The position numbers were made by a program, and so were the translations under genes. From the NCBI GenBank assembly GCA_050251875.1, contig JBFWMA010000003.1:200436-264435 (forward strand): DNA of 64,000 nt. The letters run 5' to 3'. This DNA comes from Deferribacterales bacterium (GTDB taxonomy: Bacteria > Chrysiogenota > Deferribacteres > Deferribacterales > Geovibrionaceae). Positions 19,527 through 29,122 of the stretch are shown here, piece after piece. The stretch's first letter is position 1. Every line of letters starts with the position of its first letter. The notes below the pieces were generated by a model. The model was not told where the DNA came from, did no database searches, and saw only the letters and a program-made list of their open reading frames with translations.

Positions 19527-21020
19527 TCAGATATTGCTGAGAAAGATAGTGATTCTCGCCCCTTTGGATGTGTTCTCCGCCTTTATGGAGCCTTTGTATT
19601 TTTCTTCTATCAGTCTTTTCAGGATATAGAGCCCCAGACCTTTCTGTTTGCTGTTGAAAGATGATGAGGTGTACGGCTCGAAAACAGAGCTGAGTATATC
19701 GGCTGGTATGCCTCCGGCATCGTCCTCCACAGTTATCATCGTGCCGTCCATCAGGGATGCGGCGCTTATGCGGATGCTGACCGTTTTCTGGTTCCTCTTT
19801 TTCACGGCGAATGCGATGTTGTCCAGCAGCTTTATGAATATTTCCAGAATATCCTGCTCGGTGGCTTTTATCTGGATATCTTCCGCCACCTCCACGCTTA
19901 TCTTGAGAGTGGAGAATATCATAATATTTTTTATATATTCCACAGCGTGCAGACATTCCGTGTGCAGGTGAATCATTTCCAGCTCGTCATTCTCTTCATA
20001 AAGCCGGGTGAAGCGGGTTATGGTGCCTGACAGATTCTGAAGCTCATGCTGAGCCAGAGAAGTGATCTCTTTGATATATTCCGGGGTGGCTGTCTTGTCC
20101 AGCACCTCTTCACGGATATCCTCCAGCATCAGCGAAACGGCGTTCAGAGGCTGGCGCCAGTGGTGGGCAATATTCATCAGCATGCCGTTCAGTGCTCTGT
20201 GCCTCTGGTGTTCGTATATTATTCTGGCGCTCTCTATATTTTTGGACGTCTCTTCGTCCACCTTCACCTGAAGAGACCTGTTTATGTTTATCAGCTCGTC
20301 TGTTCTCGCCTCTATAGTGTCGCCCAGGCTGTTGATGCCTTTTACCAGAGAATTGATCTCGTTGGACGATTTCAGTCCCAGATGCTCATAGTTTCCGTCC
20401 TCCATCCGGCTCAGGTGCGGAAGGATAATGTCGAAGGGCTTGCGCACCATGATATAGAAGATAAAGATGAAGAAAACGATGATAGCGGCTGTGAAGGTGC
20501 CGATACTCAGAATCACCGTGATGGTGTTCTGTCGGACTATCTTCTGATAATGCTCTCCGTTGGAATATATTATGATATGCCAGCTCCACGGCTGAAAAGT
20601 CAGCTCGGCATTGGCATAGCTCAGGTCATCGTGATTTATTTTGTTCAGCTTGATTGTGTCTCCGCATGAATCTATCAGCGCTTTTCCGTTCTCTGTGATG
20701 GCATAGCAGTACTGGCTGTAGTCGGCGAATTTATCCAGCTCGGTCAGCGTCTCCTGCTTTATGGTGGGTTCCAGGGTTCTGAACATCTCCTGGTCGCTTC
20801 CGTGCGTGAGAAACAGGGTGGTATACTTGCTCTCGGTGATGTAGAAAACCCTTTTCACCTCATTGTTCACATTGGACTGGGTGATGGTTTTCAGATCCTG
20901 AAGAGAGTTTTTATAGAGTATCTTCGCCCCCAGATATGTGAAGGCGATGCTGATTATGATTACCGGGGCAAAAACACGAAATAAGAGTGATGATAATAGT
21001 TTTTCAAAAAATCGATTCAT
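19527..21020 (-). CDS. Membrane sensor histidine kinase (HAMP-HisKA-HATPase)
   Basis: Two TM segments; H-box IAHHWRQPLN; EDDAGGI and GLGLY motifs. Confidence 0.9.
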   Translation of the reverse strand: MNRFFEKLLSSLLFRVFAPVIIISIAFTYLGAKILYKNSLQDLKTITQSNVNNEVKRVFYITESKYTTLFLTHGSDQEMFRTLEPTIKQETLTELDKFADYSQYCYAITENGKALIDSCGDTIKLNKINHDDLSYANAELTFQPWSWHIIIYSNGEHYQKIVRQNTITVILSIGTFTAAIIVFFIFIFYIMVRKPFDIILPHLSRMEDGNYEHLGLKSSNEINSLVKGINSLGDTIEARTDELININRSLQVKVDEETSKNIESARIIYEHQRHRALNGMLMNIAHHWRQPLNAVSLMLEDIREEVLDKTATPEYIKEITSLAQHELQNLSGTITRFTRLYEENDELEMIHLHTECLHAVEYIKNIMIFSTLKISVEVAEDIQIKATEQDILEIFIKLLDNIAFAVKKRNQKTVSIRISAASLMDGTMITVEDDAGGIPADILSSVFEPYTSSSFNSKQKGLGLYILKRLIEEKYKGSIKAENTSKGARITIFLSNI

Positions 21021-21850
21021 TGCTTATTATACAACATAAATTCTTTTTTCATGCGTGAAAATATTGCTTCATCCGCCGGGACAGCGCCGTATTTGAAATT
21101 ATAGTCCATCTGTTTGGCGTCTTTGGCATCCTGCGGGTCGTTAACAGGGTCGAAGCTGAGAATAGCATTCTTCAGTCTGTCTATCTCGTCTCTGCTCATG
21201 GTTTTTGTATTCGCCACGATGGTGAAGCCGGGATAGGGTTCGCTGGTAGATATTATTTTTATCCCCTGAAACTCATAGCTTTTGGCTATGGCGGTTTGGA
21301 GCGATCCTGTCTGCGCCTTGCCCAGCAGAACATCCAGCACCACGCTGGTGTGGTTTCCGCTGTAATAATAGTCCACGGAATCTATCTCTCTGTTCAGCTT
21401 GCTGAACTCCAGAAAAGCGTTGAATCGTCCGCATGTGGAGAGCGGTTTTGTCAGGGCTATGGTGCCTCTGAAGTCTTTCAGGGAGCTTGCGCCGTCTTTC
21501 ATGGCTATGATGGAACAGGAATAGCTGGGAGTCCCCTCCGGAGAGAGCAGAGTCGCTACCTTTTCCAGATACGGATATTTCCTTTCTATCTCAAGCAGAG
21601 GCAGCGGACCTAGATAGGCTATGTCTACTTTGCCCATTTCAAAAGCGTTTACTATCTGGGTGTTTTCCAGATTATATTCAGTCTTTATGTCCAGCCCGGA
21701 CTTGCGGGCTATCATTCTGATGAAAGGTTCGTGAATTTTGGCGGATGTCTCCACCTTGTCTTTTATCACAGGTGAATAGACCAGCGGCGAAGTCTTCGCT
21801 CCGGCGGGAACGACAACGGCTAATAAAATGATGAAAAGAAAACGCTTCAT
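21017..21850 (-). CDS. PhnD/SsuA-like periplasmic binding protein
   Basis: Signal peptide; DIAYLGP, STCG and GNHTSVV motifs. Confidence 0.8.
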   Translation of the reverse strand: MKRFLFIILLAVVVPAGAKTSPLVYSPVIKDKVETSAKIHEPFIRMIARKSGLDIKTEYNLENTQIVNAFEMGKVDIAYLGPLPLLEIERKYPYLEKVATLLSPEGTPSYSCSIIAMKDGASSLKDFRGTIALTKPLSTCGRFNAFLEFSKLNREIDSVDYYYSGNHTSVVLDVLLGKAQTGSLQTAIAKSYEFQGIKIISTSEPYPGFTIVANTKTMSRDEIDRLKNAILSFDPVNDPQDAKDAKQMDYNFKYGAVPADEAIFSRMKKEFMLYNKQ

Positions 21851-22020
21851 ATCATTTCACCTTTAACAACGATTACTTATATCATTATACCACCATTGTC
21901 CGGAATTGATAGTTATTGCTACTAATAAATAATTATTATTTATTGTTTGCGTGAGAATTATTCAGGAGAAAATATGACGATATTCATGACAATGTAGTAA
22001 TTGAGGGTATATAATTAAGT

Positions 22021-22449
22021 ATGAGGATATCTAAAAAAACTGAGTATGCAGTACACAGCATACTCTATATATCCAACAAGAACCGCTGTGTACTTCTGGA
22101 TGAGCTGGCAATGCAGGGAATATCCAGAGAGTATCTGGCAAAGGTCATGCGTATGCTGACCAAAAGTAAAATACTCAAGTCCTCCGTGGGGGTTAACGGT
22201 GGATATGTACTGGCCAGAACGGCAGACATGATTACTCTCGAAGATATTTTCAATGCAGTAGAGGGCGAAAATTTTTACAAATGCGAAGCGGAAGCCAGAA
22301 GGTGTGTTTTAGGCGAGGACTGTAAGCTGTCCGTTATATTTCAGGATGCCAGAGAAAAATTTCTGGAAGAGTTGAGAAAATATACCATAGCGGATATAAT
22401 GAGCGGGCTTGATTCCGAATTAAGCTGGCTCAACGCAGAGGTTACCTGA
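22021..22449 (+). CDS. Rrf2-family regulator with three C-terminal Cys
   Basis: ISKKTEYAV, YLAKVM and GVNGGYVL motifs; C..C..C arrangement. Confidence 0.92.
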   Translation: MRISKKTEYAVHSILYISNKNRCVLLDELAMQGISREYLAKVMRMLTKSKILKSSVGVNGGYVLARTADMITLEDIFNAVEGENFYKCEAEARRCVLGEDCKLSVIFQDAREKFLEELRKYTIADIMSGLDSELSWLNAEVT

Positions 22450-23503
22450 CGCTCTCCCACCAGCGATCCGCCGGCATATATACGCCGGGATTGACAGGCT
22501 CGCCCTGTATAGGCGTGGTATAGGTCAGACCCTTCTGATCCGCCTCTTTGGTGAATCTTTCTATGGGTTCTGTCCATACGAAGTCTGACAGCTGGAATGT
22601 ACCCCAGTGGATGGGAAGCACAGCCGCCGCTTTCAGATCGGATGCCGCCTGTACGGCTTCTTCCGGCGTCATATGGTTTTGTTTCCATGCCTTGTTGTAT
22701 GCTCCTATATCGAGCATTGCAAGGTCGAAACCGCCGTATGTCTCGCCCAGAGTCCTGAAATCGGGGATGTAGCCGGTGTCGGCGCTGAAATACAGCTTGT
22801 ATTCTCCGGGCTCTATGACGAAAGACGACCAGAATGTCTTATTGCGGTCGAACAGACCTCTCTTGGACATATGGCTTGCCGGAGCCGCTGTAATGACGAG
22901 ATCTTTCATCATGAACGATCCGCCCCAGTCGAGCTCTATTATCTTGTCCGGAGAAACTCCCCAGTCGGTGAGATATTGACCCACTCCCAGAGAGACGATG
23001 AAAAAGCGTGTCCTGTCATTAAGCTCGGTCACGGCTTTTTTATCCAGATGATCGTAGTGGTTGTGGGATATTATCACTGCGTCCAGTTCTCCTGTGTCCA
23101 CTCCCTCTATGGGTTGGATGGACTCGAATCTCTTTGGTCCTATAAACCGGGAGAAAGAGGCCCGCTCGGAAAAAACCGGATCGGTGAGTATCTTCATATC
23201 GTTGTATTTTATCAGCAGACAGGCGTGGCTGACCCAAGTGACTTCCAGAGCGCCGTTAGTATCTGACTGCACATATTCAGATGTCAGCTTGATAGCCGGA
23301 GGCGGAGTGGACGGCTGAAGGTCGCCCGAGCCGAAAAGAACCTTCATGGCAGAACCGAAAACACGGGAGCCTTTGTGTTCATCGGGGGCGGTGTTGTGAA
23401 ATCTGCCGTCTCTGAAGTGATCGGAGTCATATTTTATATCGGATGCCGGAATAAAAAAATAGCCGGCGAGTACCAGAACTATTATCAGAACCCATTTAAA
23501 CAT
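22442..23503 (-). CDS. MBL-fold metallohydrolase (RomA/NAPE-PLD-like), exported
   Basis: SHNHYDHLD, ADTGY, HM.PEEA and PIHWGTF motifs. Confidence 0.88.
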   Translation of the reverse strand: MFKWVLIIVLVLAGYFFIPASDIKYDSDHFRDGRFHNTAPDEHKGSRVFGSAMKVLFGSGDLQPSTPPPAIKLTSEYVQSDTNGALEVTWVSHACLLIKYNDMKILTDPVFSERASFSRFIGPKRFESIQPIEGVDTGELDAVIISHNHYDHLDKKAVTELNDRTRFFIVSLGVGQYLTDWGVSPDKIIELDWGGSFMMKDLVITAAPASHMSKRGLFDRNKTFWSSFVIEPGEYKLYFSADTGYIPDFRTLGETYGGFDLAMLDIGAYNKAWKQNHMTPEEAVQAASDLKAAAVLPIHWGTFQLSDFVWTEPIERFTKEADQKGLTYTTPIQGEPVNPGVYMPADRWWESVR

Positions 23504-23512
23504 ATAAGATAC

Positions 23513-25054
23513 CTATTTCCACTCTCCGAAATGCACTGTGCAGTTCCTGTCTTTCTTGGCGTTGTAGAGAGCTATATCAGCGTTCTCTATAAGGCTTTCT
23601 TTCCGGGTCTTTTTATCCGGAACTGATGTGGATATACCTATACTGACAGTTACGAAGACAGGTTGTTCATTCTCGTTTATCATAATCGGGGTTTCCAGAA
23701 CAGATTTTCTGATGCTTTCGGCTATGTGTCTGGAGCCCTCTTTTGATGTTTCCGGAAGAAGGATGATAAACTCCTCTCCGCCGAATCTGGCGGCGAAATC
23801 CGCCGGACGCTGGAGCATGGATGTGATGGACTGCGCCACGGTTTTCAGACATTCGTCCCCGCCTATGTGTCCGTATGCATCGTTAAAACTCTTGAAATAG
23901 TCGATATCCAGCATCAGAACACTCAGTTCAAAGCCGTTTCTGACAGCTCTTTTCAGCTCTTTGTCCATTATCTGGTTGAAAAATCTGCGGTTGGGGATTC
24001 CGGTCAGCCCGTCTATGTTTGTCATCATCAGGAGCTTTTTATTAAGACAGCGGATATCGTCCATAGACCTGTTGGCGGTGTTCGCCAGCACACGCAGCTC
24101 ATGTACGCCGCTCTCCGGCAGTCTGAAATCGTGATCCGGAGAATCTTTTATGGTTTTAAACCCGGTTGTGAGAGTCCTTACCTTTTTCAGAACGAATACG
24201 TTCATAAGGATTGTCACGGTTGCCGCCGCCGCTATGAATATCAGCATTATAACGCCTATGGCGGTGTAGAGCATTTTATCGGCGTAGAGAAAGATATCCC
24301 TGTTCAGCCGGAATATGAGCGTGAGATTGTCTGCGCTGTTGATTATGGGGCTCATCAGATTCAGCGAGATGGTCTGGCTGTCCTCCGTGAAGGAAGGCGT
24401 GAAAATTTCTGATCTGTCCAGAGTTCTTCCGGGGGCGGTGTTGTGCATCAGAAGGCTGTATCCGGAGATGTCATATGTGGAATGGATAAAGTTAGTGAGT
24501 GTCTGCACCAGAAAGATAAAGCCGTTGGGGCGCAGTGTCATGTTGGAGTCGGTGACTTTGCTGAAAACGGCCAGATACACTTCATCCGAGCTGACAGAGC
24601 GCAGGAAGAAGAAAGGCTCTTTGTCGTTATACATATCCATGATGTAAGCCTGTTTCGCTTTTATGGTGTCGGCTATAGACGCCTTGTCATCTGCTATGGA
24701 ATCGCTGACGAGGGAATAGAGAACGTTCATCCCTGTGTCGGTGAAATACATGGCGTCTGCGTTGATGTTCATAAGGGTGGCAGGAACGAGATTGCTCTTG
24801 ATATAGCTCTGGTTTCTGTTCTGGATGAAGCTATATGTATCGTCCCAGACGCCCCAGTCCGTGGCTGTCTGCCTGAGTCTGCCGATGGATTTGGACGTGG
24901 TGCTTTTCAGGATATCCATCTGCTGGGCAATATATTTATTTTCGACATTTCTGAATGTCTTTCTGTATGTCAGATGAAAGAACAGACATACGGCGATGAA
25001 AGTCAGCAGAAACACCGGAATGAGCACCAGACTGGTCAGTTTACGAAGAGTCAT
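23513..25054 (-). CDS. CHASE4-type sensor diguanylate cyclase
   Basis: DWGVWDDTY (CHASE4); RPAD I-site and GGEEF; start placed at the ATG with an AGGA RBS. Confidence 0.9.
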   Translation of the reverse strand: MTLRKLTSLVLIPVFLLTFIAVCLFFHLTYRKTFRNVENKYIAQQMDILKSTTSKSIGRLRQTATDWGVWDDTYSFIQNRNQSYIKSNLVPATLMNINADAMYFTDTGMNVLYSLVSDSIADDKASIADTIKAKQAYIMDMYNDKEPFFFLRSVSSDEVYLAVFSKVTDSNMTLRPNGFIFLVQTLTNFIHSTYDISGYSLLMHNTAPGRTLDRSEIFTPSFTEDSQTISLNLMSPIINSADNLTLIFRLNRDIFLYADKMLYTAIGVIMLIFIAAAATVTILMNVFVLKKVRTLTTGFKTIKDSPDHDFRLPESGVHELRVLANTANRSMDDIRCLNKKLLMMTNIDGLTGIPNRRFFNQIMDKELKRAVRNGFELSVLMLDIDYFKSFNDAYGHIGGDECLKTVAQSITSMLQRPADFAARFGGEEFIILLPETSKEGSRHIAESIRKSVLETPIMINENEQPVFVTVSIGISTSVPDKKTRKESLIENADIALYNAKKDRNCTVHFGEWK

Positions 25055-25122
25055 AGCCACGTCCTGAAAATTAGTATACTGAATATTTAGATCACTTGAG
25101 TTAATATAACCTTAAATTATCC

Positions 25123-25776
25123 TCAAATCAACGAAGAGGCGCCGTCCAGTGAAGATTTTAAATTATACAGCAGGTGCCGTGGTTTATTATTTACTTTCGA
25201 ACAGAAAATATCTGTCATGTGAGTCAGCTCTTCTGTGCTGTGGGCGACACCGGTCAAAAAACCGCATCTTTTCATGAACGCGGCGTCAAAAGCGTTGCCG
25301 GTAATCAGAAATTCGTTCGCTCCGGCTGATGTCATCAGTCTGGGGATTGCCTGTGTTCCGCCGAATCCGGTTATAATGCCCAGCTTTGCCCCCGGGTGAG
25401 CGAATTTGCTCTTAGCGGTTGCAAAGCGGAAGTCGCAGGCTCCGGCAAAATCCATGCCGCCGCCCATGCAGAATCCGTCTATCTCGGCTACGACAGTCTG
25501 GGGCATGGTGCGTATCAGCCCGAAGAGGGTGTTGCCCAGACGGGAGAACCACTTCGCCTCGAACCCGCCGTATGTGCTCAGCGTGCGCAGATCAGCTCCC
25601 ACGGCGAAACATCCGCCCTCGCCGTAAATTCTTACGGTTTTGACAGGGCTGGCCGCCGCCAGACGCAGGTTTCTGATTATATCTTTTATAGTGTCCACAT
25701 CCAGCAGGGTGAACTGTCCTGTGGTCGGTATCAGTCTTATATAGGCTGTGAGTTCTTCAATTCTTGTTTCTATCAT
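25123..25776 (-). CDS. Divergent enoyl-CoA hydratase/isomerase family protein
   Basis: FAVGADL, GGGMDF and GFGGTQ motifs; start moved to MIETR. Confidence 0.85.
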   Translation of the reverse strand: MIETRIEELTAYIRLIPTTGQFTLLDVDTIKDIIRNLRLAAASPVKTVRIYGEGGCFAVGADLRTLSTYGGFEAKWFSRLGNTLFGLIRTMPQTVVAEIDGFCMGGGMDFAGACDFRFATAKSKFAHPGAKLGIITGFGGTQAIPRLMTSAGANEFLITGNAFDAAFMKRCGFLTGVAHSTEELTHMTDIFCSKVNNKPRHLLYNLKSSLDGASSLI

Positions 25777-25777
25777 A

Positions 25778-26578
25778 TCAGAACCTGTAGTCTTCCCAGC
25801 GGTCTTTGAACTGCGGGTCACGTTTTTCCACGAAGGCCTTTGTGCCTTCTGTCTTGTCATAGGTGGAGAAGGAGAATGTGAAGGCGTTCTGCTCCAGCAG
25901 AAGCCCTTTGGAAAGCTCCATGTCTATGGTGTTGTTGATGGTCTCTTTTGCCAGTCCCACGGCGAAGGAGCTTCTTTTGGACATCAGATCAGCCATATCA
26001 CTGCCGTTTTTAGCCAGCTCTTCCTTGTCTGAGAGCACTCTGGAGACTATACCCTTTCCGAAAAGCTCCTCGGCGCTGACGGGTTCTCCTGTGAAGACCA
26101 GATATTTCACGAATGTTTCATAAGTCTTTCTGGCGGCGAGCTGTGTTCCGCCGAAGCCCGGCATGAACCCGTAAGCCGTCTCGTTGAACCCGAAGCGGCT
26201 TTTCGCAGTGGCGAAAACCATGTCGCAAGCCAGAATCAGTTCGAAAGCCGGACCGAAGCAGTCTCCGTCCACCAGAGCCAGAACGGGCTTTTTCATGCTT
26301 CTGATCATGTTTATCAGACGCTGACCCCTCAGGTTATAGTGCTTGGTCTCTATATGATCCAGACCCTGGAGCCTGTTCAGGTCGTGTCCTTTGGAAAATA
26401 TCCCGTCCACGGCGCTTCTGATTATCACCATGTTCACGGAGCGGTCGCCCTCTGCCAGAGTCAGAGCGTCATAGATGCCGTCCAGCATCTCCTGACAGAC
26501 AAGGTTGCCGGTCAGAGAGCAGGCAAGGTCGATATAGCAGGCTCCGTTCATATTCTGATGAGACACGGGATTATTCAT
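25778..26578 (-). CDS. Enoyl-CoA hydratase/isomerase family protein
   Basis: KPVLALVDG, ELILACD, PGFGGTQ and AFVEKRDPQF motifs. Confidence 0.88.
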   Translation of the reverse strand: MNNPVSHQNMNGACYIDLACSLTGNLVCQEMLDGIYDALTLAEGDRSVNMVIIRSAVDGIFSKGHDLNRLQGLDHIETKHYNLRGQRLINMIRSMKKPVLALVDGDCFGPAFELILACDMVFATAKSRFGFNETAYGFMPGFGGTQLAARKTYETFVKYLVFTGEPVSAEELFGKGIVSRVLSDKEELAKNGSDMADLMSKRSSFAVGLAKETINNTIDMELSKGLLLEQNAFTFSFSTYDKTEGTKAFVEKRDPQFKDRWEDYRF

Positions 26579-26832
26579 CTAAACACCTTCAGCGCCGTGA
26601 CAGCCGCCAGAAAAAGGACAATGAGCAGGCATATCAGAGCATATTTTTTTTCTTTATTATAAAAAAAGATTAATGCAAAGTAAACAAGCGAAATGGGCGG
26701 AACCATTATCAGTATAATCACTCCTAAATTGATTATCCTGTCGTCAGGCAGCAGAAGCCCGGTCACCATCAGAATCAGGCTGGCGGTGACTCCTGTCCGC
26801 ATGAGTTTGGATATAGTCTGTTCGGTTTTCAC
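26575..26832 (-). CDS. Small membrane protein (DUF1634-like)
   Basis: Three TM helices; ISKLMRTGV..S start; directly follows a TauE gene. Confidence 0.7.
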   Translation of the reverse strand: MKTEQTISKLMRTGVTASLILMVTGLLLPDDRIINLGVIILIMVPPISLVYFALIFFYNKEKKYALICLLIVLFLAAVTALKVFR

Positions 26833-27653
26833 AGCATCACCGATTCATAGAGCATCTGCAAGGCAACGTACAGCACGAAGAAGATAAACATCAGTCTTAT
26901 CTTTCTGCTCTTCACCTTAGTCAGTTTACTGGTGGAAAATTTTGACCCCATCACAGCGCCGATAACCATTGTGGCGGTGGCGGCGGGGTGCAGATATCCT
27001 TTCAGCAGATAGGGAATGGAGGCGGAGGCGGATGTGAAGCAGACCATGAAGTTGCTGGTGGCTGTTGCCGCCTTGATGGGCATGCGGGCGAGAATGTTCA
27101 TGGCGGGCACCATAAAAACGCCGCCACCAAGACCGAGCATTCCCGAGGCGAGCCCGGCGAATCCGGCGACAGAGCCGGTGGCGTATGGTTTTTTCACTGT
27201 ATAATATTTCATGCGCCCTTCCACGGCGTCATAGTAATCGTTATCGAACTCGGATGTTTTTTCCGGCTTCTCCGCAAGAGATGTGTCTTCTCCCTTGCTG
27301 TTATACATGAGATATGCCGTCAGAAACATCGTGGCGGCGAAAACCATGGACACGGATTTCTGGCTGATGCTGACGGTTATCATCCCGCCCATGAAAGCTC
27401 CGGCGACAGCCATTGATTCCATAAAAAGAGCGAACCGGATGTTTACCATGTTTTTCAGAAGGTTGACTGATGTAAGGCTGAGGGAGGATATCACGATAAC
27501 CACCAGAGAGGCGGCTATAGCCTCGTGCACGGGATATCCGAAGAAGACCGTCATCACGGGGACAATGAGCGCTCCTCCGCCTATGCCCAGCAGATATGCC
27601 AGCACAGAAGCGGAAAAACCAAGAATGAGCAGTCCGAAAAGTTCTATTCCCAT
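26829..27653 (-). CDS. TauE/SafE family membrane transporter
   Basis: LGIGGGA, GLGGG and ATATSNF motifs. Confidence 0.9.
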   Translation of the reverse strand: MGIELFGLLILGFSASVLAYLLGIGGGALIVPVMTVFFGYPVHEAIAASLVVIVISSLSLTSVNLLKNMVNIRFALFMESMAVAGAFMGGMITVSISQKSVSMVFAATMFLTAYLMYNSKGEDTSLAEKPEKTSEFDNDYYDAVEGRMKYYTVKKPYATGSVAGFAGLASGMLGLGGGVFMVPAMNILARMPIKAATATSNFMVCFTSASASIPYLLKGYLHPAATATMVIGAVMGSKFSTSKLTKVKSRKIRLMFIFFVLYVALQMLYESVML

Positions 27654-27684
27654 CTGCACAGGCTAAGATTTTAAATTAAATAAG

Positions 27685-28533
27685 TCAAGTGTCTGAATCG
27701 TTCAGGGGAAAATGCCTCTGGTCGGTGTTTCTGCGGAATTCTTTTTTCAGCGCTCTTTTGCTGGTGTCTTTCAGCAGTTCTTTTCTGATCTCTTTAGCAT
27801 CGCTCATGCTCTTTTTGCCGGAGGGGTCAGAGTCCCGCAGTCCCTCGTATCCGTTCTCTATCGCTTCGAAAGCCTGCTGTAGAGCCGCTTCTCTGAAGAA
27901 GCCGCACTTCTGCTCGAAATCCGGCTGGGTGATCTTTTTCAGATATCTGGTGACTTTATGCACCTTAAGATGTTTCTGCGACAAAACCCCGAGGCGTATC
28001 GCCGCCACCTCTCTTTTGAACCAGGGGTCGCTGATCCCCATGGTGCGCAGAAAGAGCGATCCGTAATGCGGCGAAAATTTCAGAAGCCGCTGAAGCTCGG
28101 CGCTGTATCTGTTCAGGTGCATGGATTCCTCCGCCATCTCCAGCAGAAGATGGGAGCGCATGCGCCCTGAGTTCACATATGCTATATGCTGGGGAACCAT
28201 GTGGTTATGGGCGATGATATCGGCGGACAGGTGGGCGCTGTATCCGTATACGAACGCTCTCTCCTCGTCTGTCTCCGCCGCCTGAGTCATTTTGGACACG
28301 GTTGCCCAGCTGTGGGTGGGCAGGGATCTCTTGAAGGCGGAAAAATCCTTGAAAAGGTTGAACAGGTCCGGAAAGATATTCCCGCACATGAAAAATGACG
28401 GATTCAGACGGATGACGTCCACGCTGGTATGCTCCAGTATGTGCATGCCGATGCTGATGTGCGTCTCGAACCCCCAGGCGAATGCCGAACCCGGCAGTAT
28501 GATTATTGTTAAAATAACTGCTAAAAATTTCAT
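27685..28533 (-). CDS. Zinc-dependent phospholipase C family protein
   Basis: Signal peptide ending AFA-WG..TH; GNIFPD and GY.AHL.AD..AH motifs. Confidence 0.8.
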   Translation of the reverse strand: MKFLAVILTIIILPGSAFAWGFETHISIGMHILEHTSVDVIRLNPSFFMCGNIFPDLFNLFKDFSAFKRSLPTHSWATVSKMTQAAETDEERAFVYGYSAHLSADIIAHNHMVPQHIAYVNSGRMRSHLLLEMAEESMHLNRYSAELQRLLKFSPHYGSLFLRTMGISDPWFKREVAAIRLGVLSQKHLKVHKVTRYLKKITQPDFEQKCGFFREAALQQAFEAIENGYEGLRDSDPSGKKSMSDAKEIRKELLKDTSKRALKKEFRRNTDQRHFPLNDSDT

Positions 28534-28582
28534 ATAGTTTAATTTAGCACTGTTGCTTACGATTACAACAGGTATAATTTGT

Positions 28583-28630
28583 AATAAAGATTATCATTTG
28601 GTTGACAATACTAATTAAGACAATTATAGT
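28583..28630 (+). promoter_or_regulatory. Fur-box-like site plus consensus sigma70 promoter
   Basis: 28583-28601 matches GATAATGATAATCATTATC at 14/19 (reverse strand); TTGACA(28602)-N17-TATAGT(28625). Confidence 0.65.
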
Positions 28631-28652
28631 GTGTTTTAAAGAGGTGGCAGCA

Positions 28653-28886
28653 TTGAAGTACAGGGCGCTTGATCTGCTTAAGAGGACAGTGTATCTTCGG
28701 GATGTCTGCGATGAGCTGACAGAAGAAGAGGAGAGAGAGCTGGTCTCTGCCGATGAAGAGTTTAAATCCATAAAATCCCGCCTGAGCGAAGATGAGCTCA
28801 ACTGGATGTATCAGGGATTTGCCGTTTGGTACGACAAATTCATGAATATGGAGACTACAATGTTCATAAAACCCAGAGGAGGATAA
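28653..28886 (+). CDS. Hypothetical 77-aa protein (paralogue 1)
   Basis: GAGGTG RBS and TTG start; aligns without gaps to the next ORF. Confidence 0.75.
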   Translation: MKYRALDLLKRTVYLRDVCDELTEEEERELVSADEEFKSIKSRLSEDELNWMYQGFAVWYDKFMNMETTMFIKPRGG

Positions 28887-28888
28887 AA

Positions 28889-29122
28889 ATGAAAGAAAAG
28901 GCACTGGAAATCAGAAAACAGATTCTCCCCATGAAAGACGCTTATGAAGAGCTGGATCCCGAAGAGCGCATCGAGCTGAAACAGCTTCAGAAAGAACACG
29001 ATGAGCTTTACTCCGCTCTCAGCGATGCGGATAAGAAATGGTATGATGATAAATTCGGCACATGGTACACACAGTATCTTGAGGTCGAGACCAAGATATT
29101 CATCAAACCCTGCGAAGGCTAA
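28889..29122 (+). CDS. Hypothetical 77-aa protein (paralogue 2)
   Basis: AGGAGG RBS and ATG; 27/77 identities to paralogue 1 (hand count). Confidence 0.8.
   Translation: MKEKALEIRKQILPMKDAYEELDPEERIELKQLQKEHDELYSALSDADKKWYDDKFGTWYTQYLEVETKIFIKPCEG

Noticed and set aside
21924..21992. AT-rich inverted repeat and ATGAC repeats upstream of the PhnD-like gene as a Pho box
   Set aside because: The ATGAC spacing is 12 rather than 11, and the inverted repeat is pure A/T.
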